Assembly (NCBI GenBank): GCA_963804995.1
Contig: CAWDSK010000002.1
Location: forward strand, 160,001 to 224,000
DNA length: 64,000 bases
Origin: an uncultured Acidobacteriota bacterium
Lineage (GTDB): Bacteria > Acidobacteriota > Terriglobia > UBA7540
Direction of reading: 5' to 3'
Below the pieces are notes generated by a model. That model made no database searches. It saw only the letters and a program-made list of their open reading frames with translations, and was not told where the DNA came from. This document shows positions 8,929-20,049 of the stretch, in pieces; positions within the stretch are counted from its first letter, which is position 1; each line of letters opens with the position of its first letter. Position numbers and translations under genes: made by a program.

Positions 8929-11900
8929 CTAAAAGTTCAGTTTGAGCGCGACCTGCCCGATGCGCGGGTCGCGGGCCCCCGTGATCTGGCCAAAAGTCCT
9001 CGAGGTGATGCTGCCGGACGGATTGATGAACTGCGCGTGGTCAAAAATGTTGAAAAACTCGGCGCGGAACTCGAGGGAGGACCGCTCCTTGATGGGGGTC
9101 GTCTTGTGCAGGGCGAAATCGAAATTGTTGAGACCCGGACCGTGGAAGAAGCGCCGGCTGGCGTTCCCCGCCACACCCAACTGCTCGGTCGAGAAGGGCC
9201 CGGTATCGAAAAACTGATTGTTGGCGGTTTGGCGCGGGTTCAGGAACCGGATGGGCGTGCCGTCATAATTGGGCCGGTCCACTCCCGAGCAGCCGCAGAG
9301 CGCGAAATCGTCACCTTCACCCATAAGAATGGGCAGGCCGGTAGTAAACCGCGTGATCCCCGTGAACGTCCAGCCGTCCAGCAACCCGTGAACTGGGCCG
9401 TGCGTGGAACTCGTGAGACGCTTAAAGGGCAGGTTGTAACTGTAGCTTATGACGAAGTTCTGTATGAGGTCGAACGCAGACAGCGACTTGCTAATCAGGT
9501 GGTTATACGGGTTGGTGTTATCGTCGGCATAACCGGACGAGTCGTCGAGTGACTTCGACCAGGTGTAAGCGCCGAGGAAGGTGAAATCACCCGCTCTTTT
9601 CTCCAGGCTGACCTGCAGCCCGTTGTAATTGGAAAACGCGTCAGTGGCCGTATAGCTGTTGAAACCGGAGAAGTCCAGTATGCCTTGGCTCAGGTAGCGG
9701 CCGGAAGTCACCGAGTAGGGACGTGTGCCATAGAAGGTCTGGCCGTTGATCTGGTAGATGGAGTCCTCGCCGCTTGCCCCGCAGCCTTGGCTCAACTCTC
9801 CGGCCGCCGTGAAGAGCGCCAGAATCTGAAGGCAACTCGCGGGGTTGCCGGGGTTGAAATCGTACTGCGAAACCAAGTGATGGCCCCGCGTTCCGATGTA
9901 ACCCATAGTCAACAAGGTAGTGGAGCTGATCTGGCGCTCGATGCTGAAATTGAAATGCTCAGCGTAGGGCAGGACGTTGTCGGTCTTGAAACCGGGCGAA
10001 TAGGAGATGGGCTGGAATTTGGCGAAGTCGACATTGGACGGCACAGGAAGCGAGTAGGGGAAACGCTGTCCGGGATCGTTGTTGCGCAGGCGGTCCTTGT
10101 AAGGCTCTTCCAGATAAACGAGCGTCGGCGAGGTGTAGAGCTGCCCGAAGGGTGCGTCACCGACCTCATAGAACAGCGTCAAGTCCTCGATCGCCGTGTA
10201 GTAAATGCCGGTGGCGGCGCGGATGCTGGTTTTGCCCGGCCCGCCGAAAAGTTTGCCCAGCACGCCGTCGGTGAAACCCGGCGAGTAAGCAATGCCCGCA
10301 CGCGGCGCGAAGTTGTTCCAGCGCGTCGGGGCGATGGTCTTGGGGATTCCCCGATCGCCTGGGAATACCCAGCCCGTGGGAGCATTCGGAAAGACCTGAG
10401 ACTGCTGGCCCGGCACGAACCCCTGGATTTTGCCCTGAGTATCGTAGAACGGCTCACTCGCCTCCCAGCGCAGGCCGTAGTTGAGCGTGAAGTTCGAACG
10501 TATCTTGTAAGTATCCTGCCCATAAAGCCCGAAGTACTTGGTGCGCGAATCCAGGAACTGCCGACTCAACTGACTGGCCTGGTCGGGAGCGCCGAGCAGA
10601 TAATCTGCGAAGTCATTCCCCGTTTCACCGCCGCCGAAAGTGAACGAGGCGTTGACGGAGGCGGAGTTTCGCTCGTTGATTTGGAAGAACCGGAGTTCGC
10701 CGCCAAACTTGAAGGTGTGCTTACCCGTCACTTTCGATAAATTGTCCGTAATCTGGTAGGTGTTGTTGGCCTGCTGGGTCGTGAGAGAAGGAGTGCCCAT
10801 AATGATTCCAAGCTGATTGAGGAAGATCTGGGGCATGCCCTCGATGCTGGGGTTCCCGGGAATAATGCCCAACCCTCCCTCCACGAAGCCGAAGCTGGAG
10901 ATTTTCCCAAGTCCTCCCGCCGGTTCGCCCAGGTGCGTGGCGGAGCGTGTATAGTTCAGGCGGAGCTCGTTGACCAGGGTGGGACCGAAAATGTGCGTGT
11001 TGTTCATGTTGAACTGTTGCGCTCGGGAGGGCGTGATGGAAGGAAAGCCGGGGACGTTGGAGCCGTTGCCCACCTCGGAGGGAAAAGGAAGAAAGACATT
11101 CGAGTCATCGAAGTTGTAGTAGAAACTCCAGTTCCCTGCCCGCTGGCTGTTCAGATCAATGCGCGCACCAAACTTATCGTCCCGCACCATTTGCTTGGAG
11201 GAAGCCGACGAATAGAAGGGCTGGCCTCCCGAGGTGCCGGTGGGAGTGGGAACATACTGCAACGTGCCTTGGGCGGCGGGGGACCACGCGGACTGGGGAA
11301 TCACCTGGCCCGGAAACACGCAGGTTCCCGCCAGGGCGTCACCCAGAGTATCGGCCAGCCCTGGACCCAATAAGGCTCACCGGCCGTCACCGGGTATCCG
11401 AGCCGCGAAGTCAGGGTCTGCGCGAAGTCGCCGGGAGCGTTGTCGCCGCGCACGCTGCCGGTAAGAGCCGCGAACCCCGTCGTGCCAACGTCGGAGAAGT
11501 CTCCACCCCGCTCGGTCGGCGAGGGCACGGGAATGATACCGGTGGAAAGGCCACGCCTTTCCCGTGTCCCCTGATAATCGCCGAAGAAGAAAAGCCGGTT
11601 CTTGAGGATAGGCCCGCCGCCCGTCCCACCAAACTGGTTGCGCTTGAAGTCCCCCCGGGTCGGATCGAAGAAATTACGGGAGTCCAGCTTCTCGTTGCGC
11701 AGGAAGTTGTAGGCGTCGCCGTGAAACGCGTTGGTCCCGCCCTTGGTGACCACGTTGACGAGGGCGCCCGAAAAACGGCCATACTCAGCGTCAAACGAAT
11801 TGGTCAGCAGGCGGAACTCCTGGATGGAGTCAAGCGTGGGGGCAATCGCGGCGCCGTTGTTTCTACCCTCTTCCACATCGCCGCCGTTTACCATGAAGGA

Positions 11901-12494
11901 ATTCGCAGTCTCTCTCTGCCCGTTCACCGAGACATTGCCGGCATTACCGGTTCCCGAGACCGGGCGATCCGACAAGGTTGCGCCGGAATTGATGGGAACA
12001 ACGCCCGCCTGAAGTCCCAGGAGGTCGATGTAGCTGCGACCGTTGAGGGGCAGGCCGGTCATCTTCTTGTCTTGGATCACGTCCCCGAGTTGATTGCTGG
12101 TAGTCTCAACCTGGACTGCCTGCGCGGAAACCTCGATGGTCTGCATCGTGGAGCCGACCACGAGTTTGAAGTCGGCGCGAAAACGTTGATTCACCAGGAG
12201 CGTGATCGCGGTCTGGGTGGCTTTCTGGAATCCGTTGGCCTCGACTTCGACACTGTAGTTCTCGCCGACCGGAACGGAAAGGAATTCGTAGCTGCCCGTG
12301 ATGTCGGTGACGGTCCGCCGAAAGGAGCCGGTTGCTCGATAGCGCAAGCTGACCGTCGCGCCCGGCACGGCGGCGCCCGTCTGATCCGTTACCACGCCGA
12401 GGATGGTGCCCGTTATGTCGGCCCTGAGAGGGGAAACTGTGATGCAGATTGCGGTGAAGGCGAACAATGCCACCCAATAGCTGCCTTTTTTCAT
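8929..12494 (-). CDS. TonB-dependent receptor with carboxypeptidase-regulatory-like N-terminal domain; frameshift near 11355
   Basis: ITGTILGVVTDQTGAAVPGA, LPLNGR, FRLLTNSFDAEYGR, C-terminal PRIGQVALKLNF; ORFs 11301..12494 and 8929..11370 are the two halves. Confidence 0.92.
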
Positions 12495-12668
12495 GCTGGT
12501 CCTCCTGCCGATTGGCCCGACGCTCGTTCATGCGCGTACACCGTATTTCTGCCAATGTCAAGCTGCCCGGTCTCTTCCCGCCCGTTTTTTAACACATATG
12601 TAATAAAAGGTGAAGAAAAAGCATGAGGAGGAATCGCCGTGAACCCAGGTTCGCGGGTGGTGAAGTAA

Positions 12669-12800
12669 CCCCTCACCCGCCTGCGGGCCGAAGCTAACGT
12701 TGTTTGCTGTTCCCGGGTGCCCCTTCGGTGGGCGCAGGCCCGTCCCGCCTCCCGATAGAATGCATCGGGACGGCGGTCCACCCTCTCCCCTCGGAGAGGG
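12669..12800. repeat. CCCTCACCC/CCCTCTCCC-type REP-like element with nested 59-bp insert
   Basis: Homologous to 21587..21654, 50126..50194 and 53123..53253. Confidence 0.8.
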
Positions 12801-12966
12801 CGGTTTGACTTCCAACCTTCTCCCAGGGGAGAAGGTGCTGAGGTACGAAGCGGATGAGGGGTTCCTTGGATCGAAGTCGCGACATTCAATGCGCCCCCCA
12901 AAAGGTTTGCTAAAAAAACAAGAATTTACGGTATTGCATTCCAGGGCGGCAGAACCGCAATAAGAT

Positions 12967-13018
12967 TGTAGCGCCGACCTTGAGGTCGGCATGTGTCCCG
13001 ACAGGTCGGGACGCTACA
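12967..13018. repeat. GTAG-type REP doublet
   Basis: TGTAGCG-CCGACC/GGTCGG ... TCCCGAC/GTCGGGA-CGCTACA; inverted ends with two hairpins. Confidence 0.7.
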
Positions 13019-13032
13019 TCTTCGTCCGAGCG

Positions 13033-14065
13033 TTACCGGACGTGTTTAGCCGGCGAGTTACGATCCCCGGCGAATTTCTGCTGATGCCAGTAGGGGTAAG
13101 GCAGCGGGGGGGCGCTGACTTCGTCGAGGCGTTCCACTTCGGCATCCGTAAGGGTCCAGTTCGCGGTGGCGAGGTTGTCGCGGAGTTGCTGCTCGTTGCG
13201 GGCGCCGATGATGACCGTGTCCACCCCAGGTTCGCGCGTCACCCAGTTCAGCGCGACCTGGGATATGGAAACCCCGCGCGGGGAGGCGATTTCGGCAAGG
13301 ACGTCGACGATTCTGAAAAGCCGCTCCTCATCAACGGTGCCGGGCGCGTCGAGAGTGTTCAGCCGCGACACAGAAGGCTTCGGCTGGCCGCGGCGGAATT
13401 TGCCGGACAAAAGGCCGGCTTGCAGGGGGCTCCACGCCATGATGCCCGTCCGCTGGTCGAGGCCGGCCGGCACGAGTTCGTATTCTGCGTCGCGGGCGAG
13501 CAGCGAATAGTTGATTTGCTGCGAGATATAGCGCTCGAATCCCGAGCCGGTCCGAAATGGACAGGGCTTTCATGAGTTGCCAACCCGAGTAGTTTGAGCA
13601 ACCGGCGTGGCGGATCTTACCGGCGCGGATCAAATCCTCGAAGGCGCGCAAGGTCTCTTCGAGGGGCGTGAGGGAATCAAAGTTGTGGGCCTGGTAGAGA
13701 TCGATGTAATCAGTTCCAAGACGGCGAAGACTCGCCTCGCAGGCTTCCAGGATGTGGCGGCGTGAGAGTCCGGCCTTGTTGGTTCCGGCTTCGAGTCGCA
13801 CGAAGACTTTCGTCGCCAAAACGATATCTTTGCGGCGCGCGCCAAGTGCCTGGCCGAGAACTTCCTCCGACTTGCCAAACGAGTAGATGTCGGCCGTGTC
13901 AAACAGGTTTACGCCTGCTTCGATGCAGATTTCAATGTAGCGGCGCGCCTCCGCCGCTTGCACGTTGCCCATCGCGGCGAACCGGCCTTCACCGCCCAGC
14001 GTCATGGTGCCGAAGCTCAGCACCGATACTTCCAGACCACTCGCGCCTAGCAATCTGTATTCCAT
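13033..14065 (-). CDS. Aldo/keto reductase; one-base frameshift at about 13538
   Basis: MEYRLLGASGLEVSVLSFGTMT, FDTADIYS, SLRRLGTDYIDLYQ; rejoined reading GIERYISQQINYSLLAR...WSPL..GLLSGK. Confidence 0.9.
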
Positions 14066-14280
14066 GCTTTCTCCTCTGACCAACAGGGTTCTTGCGCATT
14101 GCCCTGTAGCCGGTCTCTATGATCGCCAGGCTGGCTGGCGCCGAGCGCAACTCCACACTCTAGCGTGGTATATTAGCGCTGGTCATGCCCACCCACAAAC
14201 GGCCTTTTGCGTTGGGACGCTCCAACCTCTGACCCGCAGCGCCTATCGCTGCGCCCGCGGCAACAAAAGCGGCGTCCGCA

Positions 14281-14997
14281 CTACGTTGCCGGCGTGACCA
14301 GAAAGACTTTTGCTCCCATCGCACGGCACACGTCGATTACGTGCACGACATCCCTGTATGGTAAGAGCCCGTCGGCATTCACGCGAACCGCTTTCTCACT
14401 GTGGTTCTGGAAGAGTTGCCTTAGCCGGCTTTCGAGATTCGCCCAGGGAACATCTTCGTTGTTGATCTTGAGCCCCGGCTGTGACCCTTCCGAGTTGAGA
14501 ACTTGCACGACGGTTGATTCCGCTCGCGAGGGCGTCGGAGGCCCCACCCGCACTTCCAACCCTTTCGGAGACACTAATTTCCCGGGTTCCGGCTTCTTAT
14601 CCTGGCCGGTCAGCAGGTTGGGCGCGGTGACGCCTGCCACACGCACAGCGTCCAGAACCTTCGCGACGTTGGCATAAGGAGTACGCGCGTCTGCCTTGAT
14701 ATAGAGCTTCTCCCCGGCACGACCGGAGAGGCCCTGCTTTTCCGCCAAGGCTGCGGGAGTGATGGGATCGATTCCCAAGTACACGTTGCCGTTGCGGGTA
14801 ACAGCTACGATCAACGATCCATCTTTGTCCGCATCGGGCATCGCCACCGCATGACGGGTGACCGCTAACTCTACGCTGACGCCCTTTCGCAACGCCTGGG
14901 CGGCGCCCCTGGGGGCAGCATAGAGCATGGTTATAAAGATCACGAACGTGAGGCTCCACACCCGGCGCCAGGGTCTTCCCCAAATATTGCAACTCAT
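14281..14997 (-). CDS. ExbD/TolR-family protein with two tandem soluble ExbD-like domains
   Basis: LYIKADARTPYANVAKVLDAVRVAGV and VRVNADGLLPYRDVVHVIDVCRAMGA; RBS AAGGAG. Confidence 0.8.
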   Translation of the reverse strand: MSCNIWGRPWRRVWSLTFVIFITMLYAAPRGAAQALRKGVSVELAVTRHAVAMPDADKDGSLIVAVTRNGNVYLGIDPITPAALAEKQGLSGRAGEKLYIKADARTPYANVAKVLDAVRVAGVTAPNLLTGQDKKPEPGKLVSPKGLEVRVGPPTPSRAESTVVQVLNSEGSQPGLKINNEDVPWANLESRLRQLFQNHSEKAVRVNADGLLPYRDVVHVIDVCRAMGAKVFLVTPAT

Positions 14998-15028
14998 ATC
15001 TTCTTCTCCTTCTGCGGCCAAGCACCCG

Positions 15029-15167
15029 TTTGGGAGTGCGGCAGCTTGGTGCCGCTTTCCTCCCCGCGAGCTGGCTCGCGGCAAACTTCACCTTGGGCGT
15101 AATCGCGCCAAGGCACGGCCAGCAAGCTGGCCTGGGAAAAAGCGGCAGCGAGCTGCCGCACTCCAAA
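15029..15167. repeat. Inverted REP doublet (GGAGTGCGGCAGC family)
   Basis: GGAGTGCGGCAGC...GCTGCCGCACTCC inverted ends. Confidence 0.75.
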
Positions 15168-15184
15168 ATTTCGCATGCCGGGCG

Positions 15185-16042
15185 TTACTGCCCTTTGCTC
15201 AATGCCGCCGTGCCCATCATGCCGCCTAAACCCATGGTCTCAACCACGGAGGAGGGCACAATCACCATGGAGCCCCGCTCCTTGATCGCTTCATAAAGCA
15301 TGTTCATGGCGCGCAAATGCAGAGCCGTCGGGTTGCCGGCGTAGACTTGCGCGGCATGCTCGAACTTGGCCGCAATGTCCATCTCAGCTTGCCCCAGGAT
15401 GATGCGGGCCTGGCGTTCGCGCTCGGCCTGGGCCTGACGCGACATGGCGTCTTCGAGGGCCTGGGGAATGTGCACGTCGCGAATCTCTACCGACTGCACG
15501 GTGATGCCCCAGGGATTGGTCTTCTCATCCAAAATGCGCTGCAACTCATGGCCCAGGACTTCGCGTTCGGTGATCATTTGCGCCAACTCGTGACGCCCAA
15601 TCGATTCCCGCAGAGCCGTCTGCGCGCTCATGGTGATGGCGTCCACGAAACTCTCGACTTCCAGGATGGACTTCTCCGCATTCCACACGACCCAGAACAC
15701 GATGGCGTCAACGTTTACGGGAACCGTGTCGCGCGTCAGGGCTGACTCCGCCGAGACTTTTGAGACTCGCACGCGCTGGTCGACGTAAGCGCTCAGCGTG
15801 TCGACCACCGGTATGATCATGACCATGCCGGGGCCGCGCAGTCCGAGGTAGTGGCCGAAGCGCAGCACCGCCACCTTCTCCCATTGGCGAATCACCTTGA
15901 TGGCGAACAGGAAGTAGACGCCCACCAGAGCCCCGGCAATCAAGGGGGCGGGATGTTTGAGGACGGCGCCCACCGCCACGCCTACGCCTACGCAGATTAC
16001 GCATACGGTCTTTCCCACATTGCTCACATTCAATTTGGACAT
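15185..16042 (-). CDS. SPFH/stomatin (slipin) family membrane protein
   Basis: LTRDTVPVNVDAIVFW, WGITVQSVEIRDV, AMSRQAQAERERQARII. Confidence 0.92.
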   Translation of the reverse strand: MSKLNVSNVGKTVCVICVGVGVAVGAVLKHPAPLIAGALVGVYFLFAIKVIRQWEKVAVLRFGHYLGLRGPGMVMIIPVVDTLSAYVDQRVRVSKVSAESALTRDTVPVNVDAIVFWVVWNAEKSILEVESFVDAITMSAQTALRESIGRHELAQMITEREVLGHELQRILDEKTNPWGITVQSVEIRDVHIPQALEDAMSRQAQAERERQARIILGQAEMDIAAKFEHAAQVYAGNPTALHLRAMNMLYEAIKERGSMVIVPSSVVETMGLGGMMGTAALSKGQ

Positions 16043-16045
16043 GGT

Positions 16046-16471
16046 TCACCTCCGCTTTTTGCCGTCGGATTCAGGGACCAGTTCCTTGAGCCGCTCGACC
16101 AGTTCATTTACCTTGAAGCCACCCGCTCCCGCTCGGGCGGCAACGTCGCGTACGAGTTGATCCAACTGCCGCTCCCGCTCAACCTCATCCGGGGGGACCT
16201 GCTTCTCCGCTATGAATGTTCCCGTGCCCTGGTGGGTCTCAATCACGCCGCGGATTTCGAGCTCGCGATAGGCGCGCAGCACGGTGTTGGGGTTGATGGC
16301 AAGATCCACGGCCACCTGACGCACGGTGGGAAGCTGGTCGCCTTTCTCGATCCACCCGGAAGCGATGCCACCTTGCACCTGGTCGATGATCTGGCGATAG
16401 ACCGGCACGCCGCTCGCAAGATCGAGGCGGAAGGCGAAGGGAGCTTTACGGATTGGAGTCGTCTTATTCAT
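16046..16471 (-). CDS. GntR family regulator (YtrA subfamily)
   Basis: SGVPVYRQII...LPTVRQVAVDLAINPNTVLRAYRELE..G..GTF with short C-terminus. Confidence 0.93.
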   Translation of the reverse strand: MNKTTPIRKAPFAFRLDLASGVPVYRQIIDQVQGGIASGWIEKGDQLPTVRQVAVDLAINPNTVLRAYRELEIRGVIETHQGTGTFIAEKQVPPDEVERERQLDQLVRDVAARAGAGGFKVNELVERLKELVPESDGKKRR

Positions 16472-16477
16472 TTATAT

Positions 16478-16510
16478 GTCTAGTGTACTAGTTAACTAAG
16501 ACAATGTCAA
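16478..16510 (-). promoter_or_regulatory. Sigma70-like promoter with overlapping inverted repeat (putative GntR operator)
   Basis: Minus strand TTGACA-17 nt-TACACT; TGTCT...AGACA inverted repeat across the spacer and -10. Confidence 0.7.
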
Positions 16511-16549
16511 GAGAAAAATGCAAGGGGGGGGAGACCCGCAACAGGAGGA

Positions 16550-16772
16550 TGTCGCGCAAGGCCCGCACGTAGGTCCGCCAATCTTTAGGGCGGACGGCTC
16601 TTCCACCGCGACGTGGTCTGGGCGGCGCGGTTTTGATGCTGAAGAAACGTTGTTTCAGACGCGGGCAAAAGAAATGCAGATTATCTAGTTTGCGGCGCAG
16701 AAATGACCCCGGCCGCTGGAAGAGCCGTCCGCCACTAAAATTGGCGGACCTACGTGCGGGCCCTGCGCTACA
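16550..16772. repeat. Long inverted repeat (about 55-bp arms), REPIN/MITE-like
   Basis: GGCCCGCACGTAGGTCCGCCAAT...GGCGGACGGCTCTTCCA and its reverse complement; degenerate relative at 44207..44326. Confidence 0.75.
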
Positions 16773-16882
16773 AAGCCGGTCCGCGGTACGCCTGACCTGC
16801 TACATGCAGCTCGGAGGTGTTGGCGTAGCGACATCCTGAGCGTACAATGCTCGGGCAGATTTAGCCGCTCAAAGGAAATCGC

Positions 16883-18157
16883 ATGATGCCGAATCAAGAT
16901 GCAGCCCCCGCAGCGCAACCGGACATCCTGGTGATTGGCGCCGGCGTGGTGGGAATTTGTTCCGCGTATTACCTGGCTGGGCAGGGCCAGCGCGTGACGG
17001 TCGTCGATAAAGGTGAAGTAGGCGCCGGCTGTTCCTATGGAAACGCGGGGCTGCTGGTCCCCAGTCACAGTGTTCCGCTGGCGGCCCCAGGAGTCTTCCG
17101 CAAGGCGCTCAAATGGATCGGCAATCCGGAAAGCCCTCTGTACATCAAGCCTCGATTAAGCCTGAGCCTGCTTTCCTGGATGTGGCGATTCCAGATGGCC
17201 TGCCGGGAAAAACCGATGCGTAAATCCATCCCCATACTGCGGGATCTCAGCCTGGCGAGCCTTGCCTTGCACCAGGAACTCGCTGGCAAAAGCGGGATGG
17301 ACTGGTGCTATGCCGAGAAGGGCCTCTTGATGGTCTACCATAGCAGCCAGGGTCTCAAGGATGGAGGGCACGAGGCGAGCTTGCTTGCGGAGTACGGGAT
17401 CAAGTCACGAATACTCGCTGCCCAAGAAGTGCGAGAGCTAGCGCCAGAGGTCAGGCCGGAGATTGTGGGCGGCGTGTTCTACCCTGACAACGCGCACCTC
17501 CAGCCCCATCAGTTCGTCCAGAGCGTGGCCCGTCTGGCAAAGGAAAAGGGAGTAGAAATCAGGACGGGCACCGAAGTCGTGGGATTTGAGACCGCGGGTG
17601 GAAAGATCCGTACCGTCAGAACCACGCGGGGTGACTTCCACCCTGGGCAAGTCGTCCTGGCAACCGGCTCGTGGTCACCCGGCCTCACGCGGGATTTCAA
17701 CCTGGACGTGTGCATTCAACCCGCGAAAGGTTATAGCGTGACGGTTCGGCGGCCCGCGCGGTGGTCCTCCCCGCCGCTGATGCTGTGTGAAGCCAAGGTG
17801 GGCGTAACACCTATGGGCGATCTCTTGAGATTCGCGGGGACGCTCGAATTGGCGGGCCTGGACTTTTCCATCAATTCAAGGCGCGTCTCAGCCATTCAAC
17901 GCGCCGCTCGTGAATACCTGGTGGGCGCGGAGGAAGCTGAACTCGTGGAAATCTGGCGGGGTCTGAGGCCCTGTACGCCTGACGCTCTGCCCATCATTGC
18001 GCGCTCGAAATCGCCTGAGAATCTGATTGTCGCCGCAGGACACGGCATGCTGGGCGTTTCCTTGGGACCGATTACCGGCAAGCTGGTCTCGCAACTCGCC
18101 ACCCTCGAGACCCCCATGATTGACTTGTCGCTGCTCAGCGCAGAACGATTTCAGTGA
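16883..18157 (+). CDS. FAD-dependent D-amino acid dehydrogenase (DadA family)
   Basis: VIGAGVVG, CSYGNAG, PAKGYS, WRGLRPCTPD, GHGMLG. Confidence 0.88.
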   Translation: MMPNQDAAPAAQPDILVIGAGVVGICSAYYLAGQGQRVTVVDKGEVGAGCSYGNAGLLVPSHSVPLAAPGVFRKALKWIGNPESPLYIKPRLSLSLLSWMWRFQMACREKPMRKSIPILRDLSLASLALHQELAGKSGMDWCYAEKGLLMVYHSSQGLKDGGHEASLLAEYGIKSRILAAQEVRELAPEVRPEIVGGVFYPDNAHLQPHQFVQSVARLAKEKGVEIRTGTEVVGFETAGGKIRTVRTTRGDFHPGQVVLATGSWSPGLTRDFNLDVCIQPAKGYSVTVRRPARWSSPPLMLCEAKVGVTPMGDLLRFAGTLELAGLDFSINSRRVSAIQRAAREYLVGAEEAELVEIWRGLRPCTPDALPIIARSKSPENLIVAAGHGMLGVSLGPITGKLVSQLATLETPMIDLSLLSAERFQ

Positions 18158-18193
18158 CGCGGCGGGCATCATAGCAAAGGAAAGGAAAACCCC

Positions 18194-19957
18194 ATGAAAG
18201 GCGCAAAGGACGCGCTGATAAGCCTGGTCTGCGTGATAGGGCTTCTTGCCGGCATGAAGGTGCAAGCCCAGAGCCAGCCGCCAGAGACCCCGGTCACCGC
18301 TCGCGAGCGGCTCCAGTGGTTTCAGCATGACAAGTTCGGGTTGTTCATTCACTTTGGTCCGTATTCTGTCCTGGCAGGCGAATGGCAGGGCCGCCAACTG
18401 CCGGTGGGCACCGAGGCCGAATGGATCATGCACCGGTTCAACATCCCGGTCAAAGACTACCGGGAGATGGCGCACCAACTGAATCCGGTAAAATTTAATG
18501 CTGACGACTGGGTAAGTTTGGCCAAGGCCGCGGGAATGAAGTACCTGGTGATCACGGCGAAACACCACGATGGCTTTGCCATGTATCACTCCCAGGTCAG
18601 TAAGTACAACATAGTCGACTGGACGCCGTTCAAGCGCGATCTGCTGAAGGAACTTGCCGACGCCTGCCGGAAGCAAGGCATCCGATTCTGCTTTTATTAT
18701 TCCCAACGTGAAGATTGGGACGACCCCGATGCCTTCGGGAACGATTGGGACTATGACCGCTCGAAGAAGAACCTGGATCGATACCTGGAATTGAAATCCA
18801 AGCCGCAACTGCGGGAATTGCTGACGAATTACGGCCCCGTCGGGCTCGTCTGGTTCGACCGTGGCCTCAACACGCGCCAACAGGCCGAAGACTTCGCGAG
18901 AATCGTCCGCGGCTTGCAACCTCGCTGCCTGATCAATGGCCGCCTGAATTACTACGATCAGGATTTGATCGGGGACTACCAGGATATGGGCGATAGTGGC
19001 ATGCCGGTGGGAGGAATAGAAGAGCCCTGGGAGACGCCGCACATCCTCAACAGCACTTGGGGTTATAGCAAGTTCGACCAGGAATGGAAGCCCCCCGCCG
19101 TGGTGATCCGGGATCTGGTGGAAACGGTCAGCAAGGGAGGCAATCTTCTGCTCAACGTTGGCCCCATGGCCGACGGCACCATGCCCGCGCCGGCCGTGGC
19201 CACGCTCCATAGCGTGGGGGCGTGGGTGCAACAAAACGGCGAAAGCATCTATGGCACGACAGTAAGCCCTTTACCCGAGTACCCCTGGGGGCGCACGACG
19301 GTGAAGGGCGAGAAAGTGTATCTGCACGTTTTCAGTTGGCCCGCGGATAACGTGCTGCGGGTTTCCCGCTTGGGGTCGAACCAGGTGAAGTCTGTATACC
19401 TGCTGGTCCGCCCCGCGGAGAAGTTGGCCATCAGCCATAGCTATGGAGTTGTCCTGGTGTCCCTGCCCGCCCGGATGCCGGATGTAAGCGACACGGTGGT
19501 GGTTCTGGAATTGGCCGGACCGCTCAAGGTGGATCCGCCTTTGGTGACGCAAGACAGCGATGACGACTTCCAATTGAGTTGCATGAATGGCGTCACGTCC
19601 GGAAAGGCGTGGAAGCGCTTTAATCGCAAAGGGGGCTTCTTCATTTCCAAGTGGACCAGCCCGGAAGACTCTGCCACCTGGCATCTAATGGTAAGCCAGA
19701 CGGGGAGCTACCGGGTGCGGATCAATTACGCGGCCCGCGCCGAGTGGCAAGGCGGCAAATACTCAGTGACGATAGGGACGCAATCGCTCACCGGAGTGGT
19801 GGAGCGAACCGGCGAGGATTTTGATTACAGGACGGCCGATCTCGGGACCATAACACTCCCCCAGGCGAGCCTCATAGTGGTCCAAATTCACCCGGCGGAA
19901 GCGTATGAACACGACCTGATGCAATTCCAATCCCTGGAGCTGAGTCGGGTCCAGTGA
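18194..19957 (+). CDS. Alpha-L-fucosidase (GH29), exported, with C-terminal beta-sandwich
   Basis: WFQHDKFGLFIHFG, AGMKY.VITAKHHDGF, VWFD, GGNLLLNVGP. Confidence 0.9.
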   Translation: MKGAKDALISLVCVIGLLAGMKVQAQSQPPETPVTARERLQWFQHDKFGLFIHFGPYSVLAGEWQGRQLPVGTEAEWIMHRFNIPVKDYREMAHQLNPVKFNADDWVSLAKAAGMKYLVITAKHHDGFAMYHSQVSKYNIVDWTPFKRDLLKELADACRKQGIRFCFYYSQREDWDDPDAFGNDWDYDRSKKNLDRYLELKSKPQLRELLTNYGPVGLVWFDRGLNTRQQAEDFARIVRGLQPRCLINGRLNYYDQDLIGDYQDMGDSGMPVGGIEEPWETPHILNSTWGYSKFDQEWKPPAVVIRDLVETVSKGGNLLLNVGPMADGTMPAPAVATLHSVGAWVQQNGESIYGTTVSPLPEYPWGRTTVKGEKVYLHVFSWPADNVLRVSRLGSNQVKSVYLLVRPAEKLAISHSYGVVLVSLPARMPDVSDTVVVLELAGPLKVDPPLVTQDSDDDFQLSCMNGVTSGKAWKRFNRKGGFFISKWTSPEDSATWHLMVSQTGSYRVRINYAARAEWQGGKYSVTIGTQSLTGVVERTGEDFDYRTADLGTITLPQASLIVVQIHPAEAYEHDLMQFQSLELSRVQ

Positions 19958-20049
19958 AGCGAAGGGGTTGATGAGGGCATCTGATTCCCGGCAGCACCCC
20001 CGCGGGTTGCGCTTGGCCCGCCGGATGACTTGATAATCGCAACCGGTGA

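Noticed and set aside
8929..12494. Two separate genes for the TonB receptor halves
   Set aside because: They are complementary N- and C-terminal parts of one family architecture, joined by a small indel near 11355
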